This document shows positions 26,793 through 36,066 of a DNA stretch of 60,790 nucleotides, piece after piece (position 1 is the stretch's first letter; each line of letters begins with the position of its first letter). Position numbers and translations under genes: made by a program. This DNA comes from Acidobacteriota bacterium (GTDB lineage Bacteria > Acidobacteriota > Vicinamibacteria > Vicinamibacterales > UBA2999), in NCBI GenBank assembly GCA_016210845.1, contig JACQTK010000209.1, positions 1 to 60,790 on the forward strand, given 5' to 3'. A model generated the notes under the pieces. The model did not search any database. It was not told the DNA's origin and saw only the letters and a list, made by a program, of their open reading frames with translations.

Positions 26793-27811
26793 CCTACCGC
26801 GCGTCCTACCGGGATCGGCGCGTGATGATCACCGGCGGGCTGGGCTTCATCGGCAGCACGCTCGCGCACCAGCTGGTGGATCTCGGGGCGCGCGTCCTGA
26901 TTGTCGACTCGCTGATTCCGGAGTACGGCGGCAACCTGTTCAACATCGACGGCATCGAGGAGCGCGTCCGCGTCAACGTCGCCGACGTCCGCCAGCAGAG
27001 CACGATGAACTATCTGGTGCGCGGCCAGGACGTCATCTTCAACCTGGCGGGACAGGTGAGCCACATCGACAGCATGGAGGATCCGTCCACGGATCTGGAG
27101 ATCAACTGCCGCGCGCAGTTGTCGATTCTCGAGGCGTGCCGCCGATACAACCCGTCGGTCAAGGTGGTGTTCGCGGGCACGCGCCAGGTCTACGGGCGGC
27201 CCGACAGCCTGCCGGTCACGGAGCAGCACCTGGTCAAGCCCACCGACGTCAACGGCATCAACAAGGCCGCGGGGGAGTACTACCACCTGGTCTACAACGA
27301 CGTCTTCGGCGTCCGCGCCTGCTCGCTGCGGCTGACCAACGTGTACGGGCCGCGTCATCTCGTCAAGCACAACCGGCAGGGATTCATCGGCTGGTTCATC
27401 CGGCTGGCACTCGAGGACGCCGAGATCCAGATCTACGGCGACGGCCGGCAGCTGCGCGACTTCGTGTTCGTTGACGACGCCGCCGACGCGTTCCTGCGCG
27501 CGGGCGCCAGCGACGCGTCGAACGGGCAGGTCTTCAACGTGGGGGGAATGGAGCCGATCTCGCACCGCGATCTCGTCGAGCTGCTCATCGAGGTGGCGGG
27601 GTCGGGACGGTATCGGTTCGTCGAGTGGCCGCCCGAGAAGAGGGTCATCGACATCGGCGACTTCTACACCGACTCCTCGCTCATCGAGCGGACGCTCGGC
27701 TGGCGCCCGGTCACGCCGCTCCGCAAGGGTCTGGCCCTCACGCTGGAGTACTACCGCGCGCATCTGCCACACTACGTGCCGACGGCCTCCACGCAGGTCG
27801 GCGCGCTGTGA
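26789..27811 (+). CDS. NAD-dependent epimerase/dehydratase family protein (extended SDR, atypical active site)
   Basis: ORF 26333..27811 trimmed to ATG 26789, which overlaps the upstream stop as ATGA. Has the Rossmann motif ITGGLGFIGS. The position of the usual YxxxK reads NGINK. Confidence 0.85.
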   Translation: MTYRASYRDRRVMITGGLGFIGSTLAHQLVDLGARVLIVDSLIPEYGGNLFNIDGIEERVRVNVADVRQQSTMNYLVRGQDVIFNLAGQVSHIDSMEDPSTDLEINCRAQLSILEACRRYNPSVKVVFAGTRQVYGRPDSLPVTEQHLVKPTDVNGINKAAGEYYHLVYNDVFGVRACSLRLTNVYGPRHLVKHNRQGFIGWFIRLALEDAEIQIYGDGRQLRDFVFVDDAADAFLRAGASDASNGQVFNVGGMEPISHRDLVELLIEVAGSGRYRFVEWPPEKRVIDIGDFYTDSSLIERTLGWRPVTPLRKGLALTLEYYRAHLPHYVPTASTQVGAL

Positions 27812-28914
27812 CGCCAACGCCCATCCCCTTCATCGACCTCCGGCCGGGTGACGACGCAGCGGACGTGCGGGCGGCGATCGAGCGGGTGCTCGCGCGCGGC
27901 TGGTTCGTGCTGGGACCTGAGGTCGAGGCCTTCGAGGCGGCGTTTGCCGCGGCGAGCGGCGCCCGCCACGCGGTCGGCGTCGCCTCGGGCACCGATGCCG
28001 TCGCGCTGCTGCTGCGGGCCGCCGGCATCGGACGCGGCGACGAGGTCATCGTTCCCGCGATGACGGCGGCGTACACGGCGCTCGCCGTCGTCTCGATCGG
28101 CGCGCGGCCCATCTTCGTCGACGTCGACCCTGAGCGGCTGACGCTGGATCCGGACGCGTGCGCCGCAGCGGTGGCCTCTCGAACGAAGGCGATCGTTCCC
28201 GTCCACCTGTACGGCCAGCCCGCGGATCTGGCGGGCGTCGGACGCGTGGCCGATCGGCACGGGCTCGCCCTGGTCGAAGACTGCTGCCAGGCGCACCTGG
28301 CCACGTGCCAGGGCGTGCCCGTCGGGACTCGCGGCACGGGTGGCGCGTTCAGCTTCTACCCCACCAAGAACCTCGGGGCGCTCGGCGACGGCGGCGCGGT
28401 GCTGACCAACGATGCGGCCGTCGCCCATCGCGTCCGGATCCTGCGCAACGGCGGGCAGACGGACCGCTATCATCACGTCGAAGCGGGGATCAACAGCCGC
28501 CTCGACGAGATCCAGGCCGCCGTGCTGCGCGAGCGGCTCTCGCGCCTGCCGCGCCTGACGGCGCGGCGCCGCGAGCTGGCCGCCTTCTACCGTCGTCATC
28601 TGACGGACGCCGTCATCCCCGTGCGTGAGTGCGACCCCGGACACGTGTACCATCTCTTCCCCGTTCGCTCGGCACGCCGCGACGCGCTCCAGGCGCACCT
28701 GCGGACCGCAGGCATCGAGACGCTGATCCACTACCCCGTGGCGCTGCCCGGCCAGCAGGCGTTCGCGGCGTTCGCGCCCGCCGACTGCCCCGTGGCCGCC
28801 CGCGCGGCGCGCGAGCTGCTGTCGCTGCCGCTGCATCCCCGCCTCGCGGACGCCGACGCCGCGCGCGTGGCCGACGCGGTGGGCGCGTTCTGGAAGGGCC
28901 GCGTGCTCGCATGA
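27808..28914 (+). CDS. DegT/DnrJ/EryC1/StrS family sugar aminotransferase (ArnB-like)
   Basis: GTG 27808 overlaps the upstream stop as GTGA. The N-terminal [18 protein letters not shown] region and the PLP-lysine region [16 protein letters not shown] are present. Confidence 0.9.
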   Translation: MTPTPIPFIDLRPGDDAADVRAAIERVLARGWFVLGPEVEAFEAAFAAASGARHAVGVASGTDAVALLLRAAGIGRGDEVIVPAMTAAYTALAVVSIGARPIFVDVDPERLTLDPDACAAAVASRTKAIVPVHLYGQPADLAGVGRVADRHGLALVEDCCQAHLATCQGVPVGTRGTGGAFSFYPTKNLGALGDGGAVLTNDAAVAHRVRILRNGGQTDRYHHVEAGINSRLDEIQAAVLRERLSRLPRLTARRRELAAFYRRHLTDAVIPVRECDPGHVYHLFPVRSARRDALQAHLRTAGIETLIHYPVALPGQQAFAAFAPADCPVAARAARELLSLPLHPRLADADAARVADAVGAFWKGRVLA

Positions 28915-29873
28915 AGGCGCTCGTCACTGGCGGCGCGGGATTCATCGGGTCGCATCTCGCCGAGCGGCTGCTGGATCTCGGGCATGAGGTCGCGGTCCTC
29001 GACAACCTGTCGACCGGCTCGATCGACAACATCGCGCACCTCAAGGGCAGGAGCCGCTTCTCGTACGTGATCGACTCGGTGACCAACGAGCCGCTGCTCG
29101 CCGAGATGGTCGACGCCTGCGACGTGGTGTTCCACCTCGCCGCGGCCGTGGGCGTCAAGCTGATCGTGGAACAGCCGGTCCACACCATCGAGACCAACGT
29201 GCACGGCACGGAGGTCGTGCTCAAGCACGCCAACAAGAAGAAGAAGCTCGTGTTCATCGCCTCGACCTCCGAGGTGTACGGCAAGAGCGCCGACGTGCCG
29301 TTTCGCGAGGACGCGGATCTGGTGCTCGGGCCGACCGCGAAGCACCGGTGGGCGTACGCGTGCAGCAAGCTGATCGACGAGTTCCTGGCGCTCGCGTACT
29401 GGAAGGAGAAGAAGCTGCCTGTCGTCATCGTGCGGCTCTTCAACACGGTGGGACCGCGCCAGACAGGGCAGTACGGCATGGTGCTCCCGACGTTCGTTCG
29501 CCAGGCGCTCGCCTCCCAGCCAATCACCGTGTTCGGCGACGGCACCCAGTCCCGCTGCTTCACCTACGTCGGCGACGTCGTCGACGCGCTCGTGGCGCTG
29601 GCCGCCGAGCCGCGCGCGATCGGCGAGGTGTACAACATCGGCAACAAGGACGAGGTGACGATTCGGGGTCTCGCGGAGCGCGTCAAGGCGCTGGCGGGGA
29701 GCGACTCGCCGATTACGTGCGTGCCGTACGACGAGGCCTACGAGCGGGGGTTCGAGGACATGCCGCGCCGCGTTCCCGAGATTGCCAAGCTGCGGGCGCT
29801 GATCGGGTACGAGCCCAAGGTGGGCCTGGACGAGATCATCCGCCGGGTGATCGACCATATCCGCGAGCATTGA
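28911..29873 (+). CDS. NAD-dependent epimerase/dehydratase, UDP-glucuronate decarboxylase / ArnA C-terminal-domain-like
   Basis: ATG 28911 overlaps the upstream stop as ATGA. Contains [20 protein letters not shown] and [13 protein letters not shown] (YxxxK). Confidence 0.85.
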   Translation: MKALVTGGAGFIGSHLAERLLDLGHEVAVLDNLSTGSIDNIAHLKGRSRFSYVIDSVTNEPLLAEMVDACDVVFHLAAAVGVKLIVEQPVHTIETNVHGTEVVLKHANKKKKLVFIASTSEVYGKSADVPFREDADLVLGPTAKHRWAYACSKLIDEFLALAYWKEKKLPVVIVRLFNTVGPRQTGQYGMVLPTFVRQALASQPITVFGDGTQSRCFTYVGDVVDALVALAAEPRAIGEVYNIGNKDEVTIRGLAERVKALAGSDSPITCVPYDEAYERGFEDMPRRVPEIAKLRALIGYEPKVGLDEIIRRVIDHIREH

Positions 29874-29919
29874 CCCGTCCCTTCGGCGGCCGTCGGCGTC
29901 ATATAATCTGAAGTCGACG

Positions 29920-30690
29920 ATGTTGTTCCGGGCCGCCTCCCTCGTGCTCCTCCTGACGTGCCTTGCCGCGCCGCTCGGCGCGCAGCAGTCCGTCGAGCTC
30001 ACGTTCGACAACGGCCGCGTGACGCTGGTGGCGCAGAATGCGCCCGTGCGGACGATCCTTGCGGAATGGGCGCGGCGTGGGGGGGCCACCATTGTCAACG
30101 GAGACCGCGTGACCGGCCCGCCGCTGACGCTGCAGCTCACCGCCGTGCCCGAGCGCCAGGCGCTCGACGTCGTGCTCCGCAGCGTGGCCGGCTACATGCT
30201 GGCGCCGCGTCGAGCGGGCTCCGATGCCGCGTCGACCTTCGATCGCATCCTGATCCTGCCGACCAGCGTGGCGCCGCGCACGCCGCCGCCTGCCGCGCCC
30301 ACGGCCTTCGCGCCGCGGCCGAACCTGCCGCAGCCGCAGGTCGTCCGTCAGGTTCCGGAGGCGCCTGGCGCAGCGGGCGACGATCCCGCAGCCGACAACA
30401 GCCAGGAGCCGGATCCGGCGGAGGTGCCGACCGCTGGCGGGGCACTCCGCCCGGGCGTCGCGGGCACCGTCCGGCCGCCGCCGGTCCAGTTCCCGCCTCC
30501 GCTGCCGCTCGGCCCCGAGCCGCAGGTTGTCGAGGGAGACGATGGCCGGGAGCAGCCAGGCGCACCGCCGCAAGGCGTGGCGCCGACGCCAGCCAATCCG
30601 TTCGGGATCCCGTTTGGATCGTCGGGCAGGCCCGGCGTCATCACGCCGCCTCCGCAGCAGCCGACACCCGGCACGCGCCCACAACAGTAG
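29920..30690 (+). CDS. secreted protein: signal peptide, ~95-aa alpha/beta domain, proline-rich tail
   Basis: 256 aa. Signal peptide MLFRAASLVLLLTCLAAPLGAQQ. The N-terminal domain is loosely STN-like. The C-terminal half is low-complexity P/A/G-rich. A perfect TATAAT lies at 29902-29907. Confidence 0.6.
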   Translation: MLFRAASLVLLLTCLAAPLGAQQSVELTFDNGRVTLVAQNAPVRTILAEWARRGGATIVNGDRVTGPPLTLQLTAVPERQALDVVLRSVAGYMLAPRRAGSDAASTFDRILILPTSVAPRTPPPAAPTAFAPRPNLPQPQVVRQVPEAPGAAGDDPAADNSQEPDPAEVPTAGGALRPGVAGTVRPPPVQFPPPLPLGPEPQVVEGDDGREQPGAPPQGVAPTPANPFGIPFGSSGRPGVITPPPQQPTPGTRPQQ

Positions 30691-30737
30691 GCAGTCGGCA
30701 GTCGGCGGTGCGAAGCGCCACAAGCCTACTGCCTACT
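30686..30737 (+). terminator. hairpin of the GTAGGCAGT family (terminator-like)
   Basis: 10-bp stem agtaggcagt (30686-30695) / actgcctact (30728-30737) with a 32-nt loop. It starts at the stop codon of the preceding gene. Confidence 0.4.
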
Positions 30738-30790
30738 CCACTACAATTGAGAATCGAGCGGCGTGTGCTCCCGCCGCTGCCGCCGCGCCC

Positions 30791-31834
30791 ATGTCCGAGA
30801 TCGATCGCTTCACGCCCGATGACCGCCGCGGCGTCGACACGCTCTACCGCCGCACGCACGGTCCCGACGCCGCCGAAGCCAACCGGCTGCGCTGGGACTG
30901 GCAGCATCGGCGCAATCCGTACAACCCAACGGGACAGCCTGGCATCTGGGTCGCCCGCGAGGGACCGACCGTCGTCGGACACTACCCGACGCTGCCGGTT
31001 CGCATCTCGCTCAGAGGGCTCGAGGTCGACGGCTCCTGGGGCACGGGCGCGCTGGTGGCGCCGGAGCGCGACAGCCAGGGACTGGACGACGCGCTGCTGC
31101 GCACCTGGGACCGCAACAGCGGCGCGGTGCTGACGCTCGGCGTCGCGGGCGGGGCGAAGTCGGTGGCCGACCGCCTGCACTGGCCGCAGGCACATCCGCT
31201 GCCCTGTCTGGTGAAGCCGCTCACGCGGCGCGCGGTGCGGCTGCCGAACTGGCCGACGCCGCTCAACCGCCTTGTGTCGGTGGTCACGCTGCCCGTGGTG
31301 CAGATCGTCTCTCGATCGCGGCCGCTCCGCGCCGAGTGCGAGCTGATCCGCCGCTTCGACACCTCGTTCACGACGCTGTGGGAGCGTCTGGCGCCGAAGT
31401 TCGATCTGGCCGTGCGGCGCGACGCGCCCTACTTGAACTGGCGCTACATCGAGCCGCCACACGTCCGCTACTCGGTTGTCGCGCTGAAGCGCCAGGGCGA
31501 CATCCACGGGTACGCCGTCTACCGCCATCGCCACGAGCCGCTCGGGCGGGTGACGATGCTCGTCGATTTTCTCGTCGATCCAGACGACGTGTCGGGGCTG
31601 AAGACGCTGCTGCGATGGGTGGATCGCGCCGCACGGGCCGAGGACGCCGACAAGGTCCGCTGCTACGCGATGCACGGCGCGTTCCGGCGCGTGCTGCGGC
31701 GCAACGGCTACTTCAACGTGAAGTCGTCGCTCGAGGTGGGCATCAAGGTCAACGCCGTGCAGGTGCCGAAAGGCTTCTACGACGAGACCGACGGCTGGCA
31801 CATCACCTACGGGGACTCGGATCAGGATCATTGA
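30791..31834 (+). CDS. GNAT-family acetyltransferase-like protein
   Basis: ORF 30527..31834 trimmed to ATG 30791 (MSEIDRF), giving 347 aa. The family call is by general resemblance to two-domain GNAT proteins and is only moderately secure. Confidence 0.65.
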   Translation: MSEIDRFTPDDRRGVDTLYRRTHGPDAAEANRLRWDWQHRRNPYNPTGQPGIWVAREGPTVVGHYPTLPVRISLRGLEVDGSWGTGALVAPERDSQGLDDALLRTWDRNSGAVLTLGVAGGAKSVADRLHWPQAHPLPCLVKPLTRRAVRLPNWPTPLNRLVSVVTLPVVQIVSRSRPLRAECELIRRFDTSFTTLWERLAPKFDLAVRRDAPYLNWRYIEPPHVRYSVVALKRQGDIHGYAVYRHRHEPLGRVTMLVDFLVDPDDVSGLKTLLRWVDRAARAEDADKVRCYAMHGAFRRVLRRNGYFNVKSSLEVGIKVNAVQVPKGFYDETDGWHITYGDSDQDH

Positions 31835-32289
31835 TGCTCATGGGACTCGCTGACCAGGTGAACGCGGACATCGCGGCGGCCATGAAGGCCAGGGACGCGG
31901 CCCGTCTGTCCGCGCTGCGGATGCTGAAGGCCGCGATCACCAACAAGAGCGTCGAGAAGGGGCGCACCCTCGACGATGCGGAGGTGGTGCAGGTCGTGTC
32001 GTCGCTCGTCAAGCAGCGGCGCGACTCGATCGATCAGTTCGCCAAGGCCGGCCGCACGGACCTGGTCGACAAGGAGACCGCCGAGATCGCCGTGCTCGAA
32101 CACTACCTGCCACCGGCCGCCACGGCCGAGGAGATCGACGCGGCCGTAGCGGCGGCGATTGCCGAGACGGGCGCCGCCTCGCCCAAGGACGTCGGCAAGG
32201 TGATGAAGGCCGTGATGCCGAAGCTCGCCGGCACGCACGCCGACGGCCGGACGATCAACGAAGCCGTCCGGCGGAAGCTTGGCGCGTAG
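31834..32289 (+). CDS. GatB/YqeY domain-containing protein
   Basis: ATG 31834 overlaps the upstream TGA. 151 aa with the pattern DIAAAMKARD..RLSALRMLKAA...GKVMKAVMPKL..ADG, typical of YqeY. Confidence 0.85.
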   Translation: MLMGLADQVNADIAAAMKARDAARLSALRMLKAAITNKSVEKGRTLDDAEVVQVVSSLVKQRRDSIDQFAKAGRTDLVDKETAEIAVLEHYLPPAATAEEIDAAVAAAIAETGAASPKDVGKVMKAVMPKLAGTHADGRTINEAVRRKLGA

Positions 32290-33877
32290 CTCCGCCACCT
32301 CCGGGCTCGCGCGCTCCGCCGCGTCCGCGGGCGCGGCGACGCTCACCAGCCGCATCCTCGGCGTCGCCCGCGAAGTCGTGCTGGCCGCCTTGTTCGGGGC
32401 CGGCAACGCGATGGACGCGTACAACGTCGCCTATCGCATCCCCAACCTGGTGCGCGATCTGTTCGCCGAGGGCGCCATGAGCAGCGCCTTCGTCCCCACC
32501 TTCACGCGGCATCTGACCATCGCGGGCAAAGACGCCGCCTGGCGCCTGGGCAACCACGTCGTCAACGCGCTGCTCGTCATCACGCTGGGGCTCGTCGTGC
32601 TCGGGATGGTGTTCGCCGAGTCGCTCGTCACCCTCTTCGCGAGCGCGTACCGGGAGGTGCCAGGCAAGCTCGAGCTCACGGTGCAGCTGACGCGCATCAT
32701 GCTGCCGTTCCTCACGTTCGTGGCGCTGGCCGCCGCGTTCATGGGGATGCTCAACTCGCTGCACCGCTTCTTCATCCCCGCGCTCTCGCCCGCCATGTAC
32801 AACGTGGCGACGATCGCCTGCGCGTTCCTGCTCGTACCAGTGATGCCGGCGGTCGGCCTTCCGGGCATCGCGGCCATTGCCATCGGGTCGCTGCTGGGCG
32901 GCGTCTCCCAGCTGGCGCTGCAGTGGCCGTCGCTGCGCCGTGAAGGCTTCGTCTATCGCCCCGTGCTCGACTGGCGCGACGAAAGCCTGCGGCGCGTGCT
33001 CGTGCTGATGGGACCTGGCACGATCGGCCTGGCGGCCACGCAGGTCAACGTCTTCGTGAACACCGTGCTCGCCACGGGCGAGGGCACCGGCGCGGTGTCG
33101 TGGCTGAACTACGCGTTCCGGCTGATGTACCTGCCGATCGGGCTCTTCGGCGTCTCGATCGCCACCGCCACGCTGCCCGCGGTGTCGCGCCATGCCGCGC
33201 AGCAGGACGACACGGGCGTGCGCGGCACCATTGCCGACGGCCTGTCGCTCATGCTGATGCTCAACGTGCCCGCGACGGTCGGGCTGATGGTGCTCGCCAC
33301 GCCCATCGTGCGCGTCATCTTCGAGCGGGCGGCGTTCACGGCGGCCGACACGGCCGCCACGGCGGCGGCGCTCCGGTTCTACGCGATCGGCCTGATCGGC
33401 TACTCGGTCGTCCGCATCGCATCGCCTACCTTCTATGCGCTGGGGCGAAACCGGACGCCGGTCGTGGTGAGCGTCGCCACGGTCCTCGTCAACGCGGCGC
33501 TCAACCTGGCGCTCGTGCGCGTGCTCGGATACCGCGGGCTCGCGCTCGGCACGTCGATGGCCGCGCTCTTCAACGCCGTGCTGTTGATGGTCCTGCTGCG
33601 GCGGCGGCTCCACGGGCTCGATGGCCGCCGCGTCGCCGACTCGTTCGTGCGCATCGTCGTCGCCTCCGCGGCAATGGGGGTCGCCACCGTCGCCACCCAC
33701 GGAGCGCTCGACGGCTGGCTGCCCGGCCGCGGCCTCGTCGGCGAGATCGCCCGCCTGGCCGCCACCATCGGCGTGTCGCTGGTCGTCCTCGCCGCGGCGG
33801 CTCACCTCCTGCACATTCGCGAATTCCGGGAGGGCGTTGCGCTCGTGATGCGAAGGCTCGGGAAGACAGCTCGATGA
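32279..33877 (+). CDS. murJ: lipid II flippase MurJ (MviN)
   Basis: 532 aa, polytopic. N-terminus SRILGVAREVVLAALFGAG...DAYNVAYRIPNLVRDLFAEGAMSSAFVP. TTG start. Confidence 0.92.
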   Translation: MARSSATSGLARSAASAGAATLTSRILGVAREVVLAALFGAGNAMDAYNVAYRIPNLVRDLFAEGAMSSAFVPTFTRHLTIAGKDAAWRLGNHVVNALLVITLGLVVLGMVFAESLVTLFASAYREVPGKLELTVQLTRIMLPFLTFVALAAAFMGMLNSLHRFFIPALSPAMYNVATIACAFLLVPVMPAVGLPGIAAIAIGSLLGGVSQLALQWPSLRREGFVYRPVLDWRDESLRRVLVLMGPGTIGLAATQVNVFVNTVLATGEGTGAVSWLNYAFRLMYLPIGLFGVSIATATLPAVSRHAAQQDDTGVRGTIADGLSLMLMLNVPATVGLMVLATPIVRVIFERAAFTAADTAATAAALRFYAIGLIGYSVVRIASPTFYALGRNRTPVVVSVATVLVNAALNLALVRVLGYRGLALGTSMAALFNAVLLMVLLRRRLHGLDGRRVADSFVRIVVASAAMGVATVATHGALDGWLPGRGLVGEIARLAATIGVSLVVLAAAAHLLHIREFREGVALVMRRLGKTAR

Positions 33878-35112
33878 GGCACGGGCCCCTCCATCTGCAT
33901 CCAACCATCCTGCTCCTGGCCAGCATGCACTTCCTGGTGGACGGCTTCGGCAACATCTACGCGCCGCTGCTGCCGCTGCTCATTCCCCGTCTCGACCTGT
34001 CGCTGGCCGCTGCGGGCACGCTCCAGATGTGCTTTCAGCTCGCGAACTCGGTGGCCCAGCTCGGCTTCGGGCACATTGCCGACCGCTGGCGTCCGCGCCT
34101 GCTCCTGGTCACCGGACCCATCGTGACGGTGTCGATCCTGACGCTGGTCGGCCTGTCGACGAGCGCCTGGATGGCCGCGGCCATTCTGATTGCGGGCGGG
34201 CTCGGCGGTGCCGCGTTCCACCCTCCCGCGGCGGCGCTCGTTCATCGTCTCGGCGGCGAGCGGAAGGGGCTCGCCATGTCGTTTCACATCACGGGCGGGT
34301 CGCTCGGCTTCTCGCTGGGGCCGCTCGTCTTCGCGCCCTTCGCGGAGCGGTACGGGCTGCACTGGACGCCGCTGCTCATGGTGCCCGCCCTGGCCCTGCT
34401 CGCGGTCTTCCTTCCGCGCGTGCCGCCGATCGAGCACGTCGGGGACCATCACGAGCGGGGCGGCGTGGCCGCGCTGCGTCCCTACGCGAAGCCGCTGGCG
34501 CTGCTCTACGCGATTGTCGTGCTGCGGACGCTGGCCGCGCTCAGCTTCGCCACGTTCATGCCCGTGATGCTCACGCGGCGCGGCATGTCGGTGGCCGCAG
34601 CGGGCTCGGCGGTAGCGGTGTTCCTGTTCGCGAGCAGCGTCGGGGGGTTTCTCGGCGGGCCGCTGGCCGACCGCTGGGGCGCACGGCGCGTGATCGTGTG
34701 GTCGCTGGTCGCCTCGGTGCCTTTCCTGGCGGTGGCGCCCACGCTGTCCGGATGGGCCTTCGTGGCCGTGGTCTCGGCGGGCGGGTTCCTGCTCCAGTCG
34801 ACGTTGCCCGTCAACGTGACCTTTGGCCAGATGATCGCCCCGATCAGCGCGGCTACCGTGTCGTCCCTCATGATGGGGTTCGCCTGGGGAACGGGCGGGC
34901 TCAGCGTGCCATTCGTGGGCCTGCTGGCCGACCGCATCGGGATCGAATACACCCTTGTCGCCATGGCGTTCACACCGCTGGCGGCGGCGCTGCTGGCGGC
35001 ACCCCTGCCGGCCGGCAAACTCGTGCACACCACGGCGCGTGCGGCCGACATCGGCACGGTGGAGAGCACTGCGCGGCTGAGCCAAAGCCGGGACGGGGCT
35101 CACCCGCGCTAG
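33874..35112 (+). CDS. MFS transporter
   Basis: ORF 33100..35112 trimmed to ATG 33874, which overlaps the murJ stop as ATGA. 412 aa with about 12 TM segments and a GHIADRWRPR loop motif. Confidence 0.85.
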   Translation: MRHGPLHLHPTILLLASMHFLVDGFGNIYAPLLPLLIPRLDLSLAAAGTLQMCFQLANSVAQLGFGHIADRWRPRLLLVTGPIVTVSILTLVGLSTSAWMAAAILIAGGLGGAAFHPPAAALVHRLGGERKGLAMSFHITGGSLGFSLGPLVFAPFAERYGLHWTPLLMVPALALLAVFLPRVPPIEHVGDHHERGGVAALRPYAKPLALLYAIVVLRTLAALSFATFMPVMLTRRGMSVAAAGSAVAVFLFASSVGGFLGGPLADRWGARRVIVWSLVASVPFLAVAPTLSGWAFVAVVSAGGFLLQSTLPVNVTFGQMIAPISAATVSSLMMGFAWGTGGLSVPFVGLLADRIGIEYTLVAMAFTPLAAALLAAPLPAGKLVHTTARAADIGTVESTARLSQSRDGAHPR

Positions 35113-35140
35113 GCGGCGGGCCAACAGGCCCGCCGCTTCT
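35113..35140 (+). terminator. intrinsic-terminator-like hairpin after the MFS gene
   Basis: gcggcgggcc-aaca-ggcccgccgc (10-bp stem) followed by TTCT, starting 1 nt after the stop. Confidence 0.5.
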
Positions 35141-35240
35141 AGTAGGACAAACACCTTCCTTTCGGAGCGGCATTTTCGGAGCATTTGTCCTACGGGTACG
35201 GATGTTGCTCCGTAGGCTCGAGTTGGCACAGACTGGATCG

Positions 35241-35990
35241 ATGCGTTCCCGCTATCCCGCCACGTCCACCTTCTCCTACTCCTTCGGGCCCGGTCCGATC
35301 ACGCCGGCCATCAAGGCGATCATCATCGCCAACGTCGCCGCCTTCCTCATCACGCTTGTCGTCCCCGCCATCACGCTGCGGCTCGGCATGCGGCCGGCCG
35401 ACGTGGTGGGCGCGCTGCACGTCTGGCAGCCGGTCACCTACATGTTCCTGCACGGCGGGTTCTTCCACATCCTGTTCAACATGCTCGCGCTGTGGATGTT
35501 CGGCGTGGAGCTGGAGCGGATGTGGGGCACGCGCTTCTTCACGCGGTACTACTTCGTGTCGGGGGTGGGCGCGGCGCTCACGACGCTGGTACTGTCGTTC
35601 ACCCCGTTTCCCTTCGCGGATCAGTTGTACTACGCGCTGACGATCGGCGCCTCGGGGGCGGTGTACGGCATCCTGCTCGCCTACGCCCTGTACTTCCCGA
35701 ACCGGCCGATCTACATGTATTTCTTCTTCCCGATTCCGGCCAAGTACTTCGTGATGATCATCGGCGCGATCTCACTGCTGTCGTCGATGAGCGGTCCGGG
35801 CGGAGGCATCGCGCACACGACGCACCTGGGCGGGCTGCTCGCGGGGTACCTCTACCTGAAGCGCGGCCGCATCCACGTGATGTCGGAGATCAAGTACCGC
35901 TACCTGAAGTGGCGCATCAACCGGATGCGCAAGCGCTTCGACGTCTATTCCGGTGGGCGCGCCGACGACGTCGACCGCCGCGTGCATTAG
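35241..35990 (+). CDS. rhomboid family intramembrane serine protease
   Basis: ORF 34029..35990 trimmed to ATG 35241, with an alternative ATG at 35202. Contains HGGFFHILFNM, the catalytic GASGAVYG and HTTHLGG. Confidence 0.88.
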   Translation: MRSRYPATSTFSYSFGPGPITPAIKAIIIANVAAFLITLVVPAITLRLGMRPADVVGALHVWQPVTYMFLHGGFFHILFNMLALWMFGVELERMWGTRFFTRYYFVSGVGAALTTLVLSFTPFPFADQLYYALTIGASGAVYGILLAYALYFPNRPIYMYFFFPIPAKYFVMIIGAISLLSSMSGPGGGIAHTTHLGGLLAGYLYLKRGRIHVMSEIKYRYLKWRINRMRKRFDVYSGGRADDVDRRVH

Positions 35991-35995
35991 GGTTC

Positions 35996-36066
35996 GCGGC
36001 GGCTAAAGCCGCCGCTCTACAGGTGGATGACTCACTCACCTGTAGAGCGCACGCTTCAGCGTGCGC
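35996..36066. repeat. composite palindromic element (hairpin - TCTACAGGTGG - spacer - CACCTGTAGA - hairpin)
   Basis: Components: gcggcggc-taaa-gccgccgc (35996-36015), tctacaggtgg (36016-36026), cacctgtaga (36037-46) and gcgcacgc-ttca-gcgtgcgc (36047-66). The same architecture occurs at 12609-12679. Confidence 0.65.

Noticed and set aside
32255-35229. Minus-strand ORFs 32255..33904 (549 aa) and 33802..35229 (475 aa), opposite murJ and the MFS gene.
   Set aside because: They are extremely Arg/Glu/His/Asp-rich, the mirror images of hydrophobic membrane genes. They are not credible proteins.
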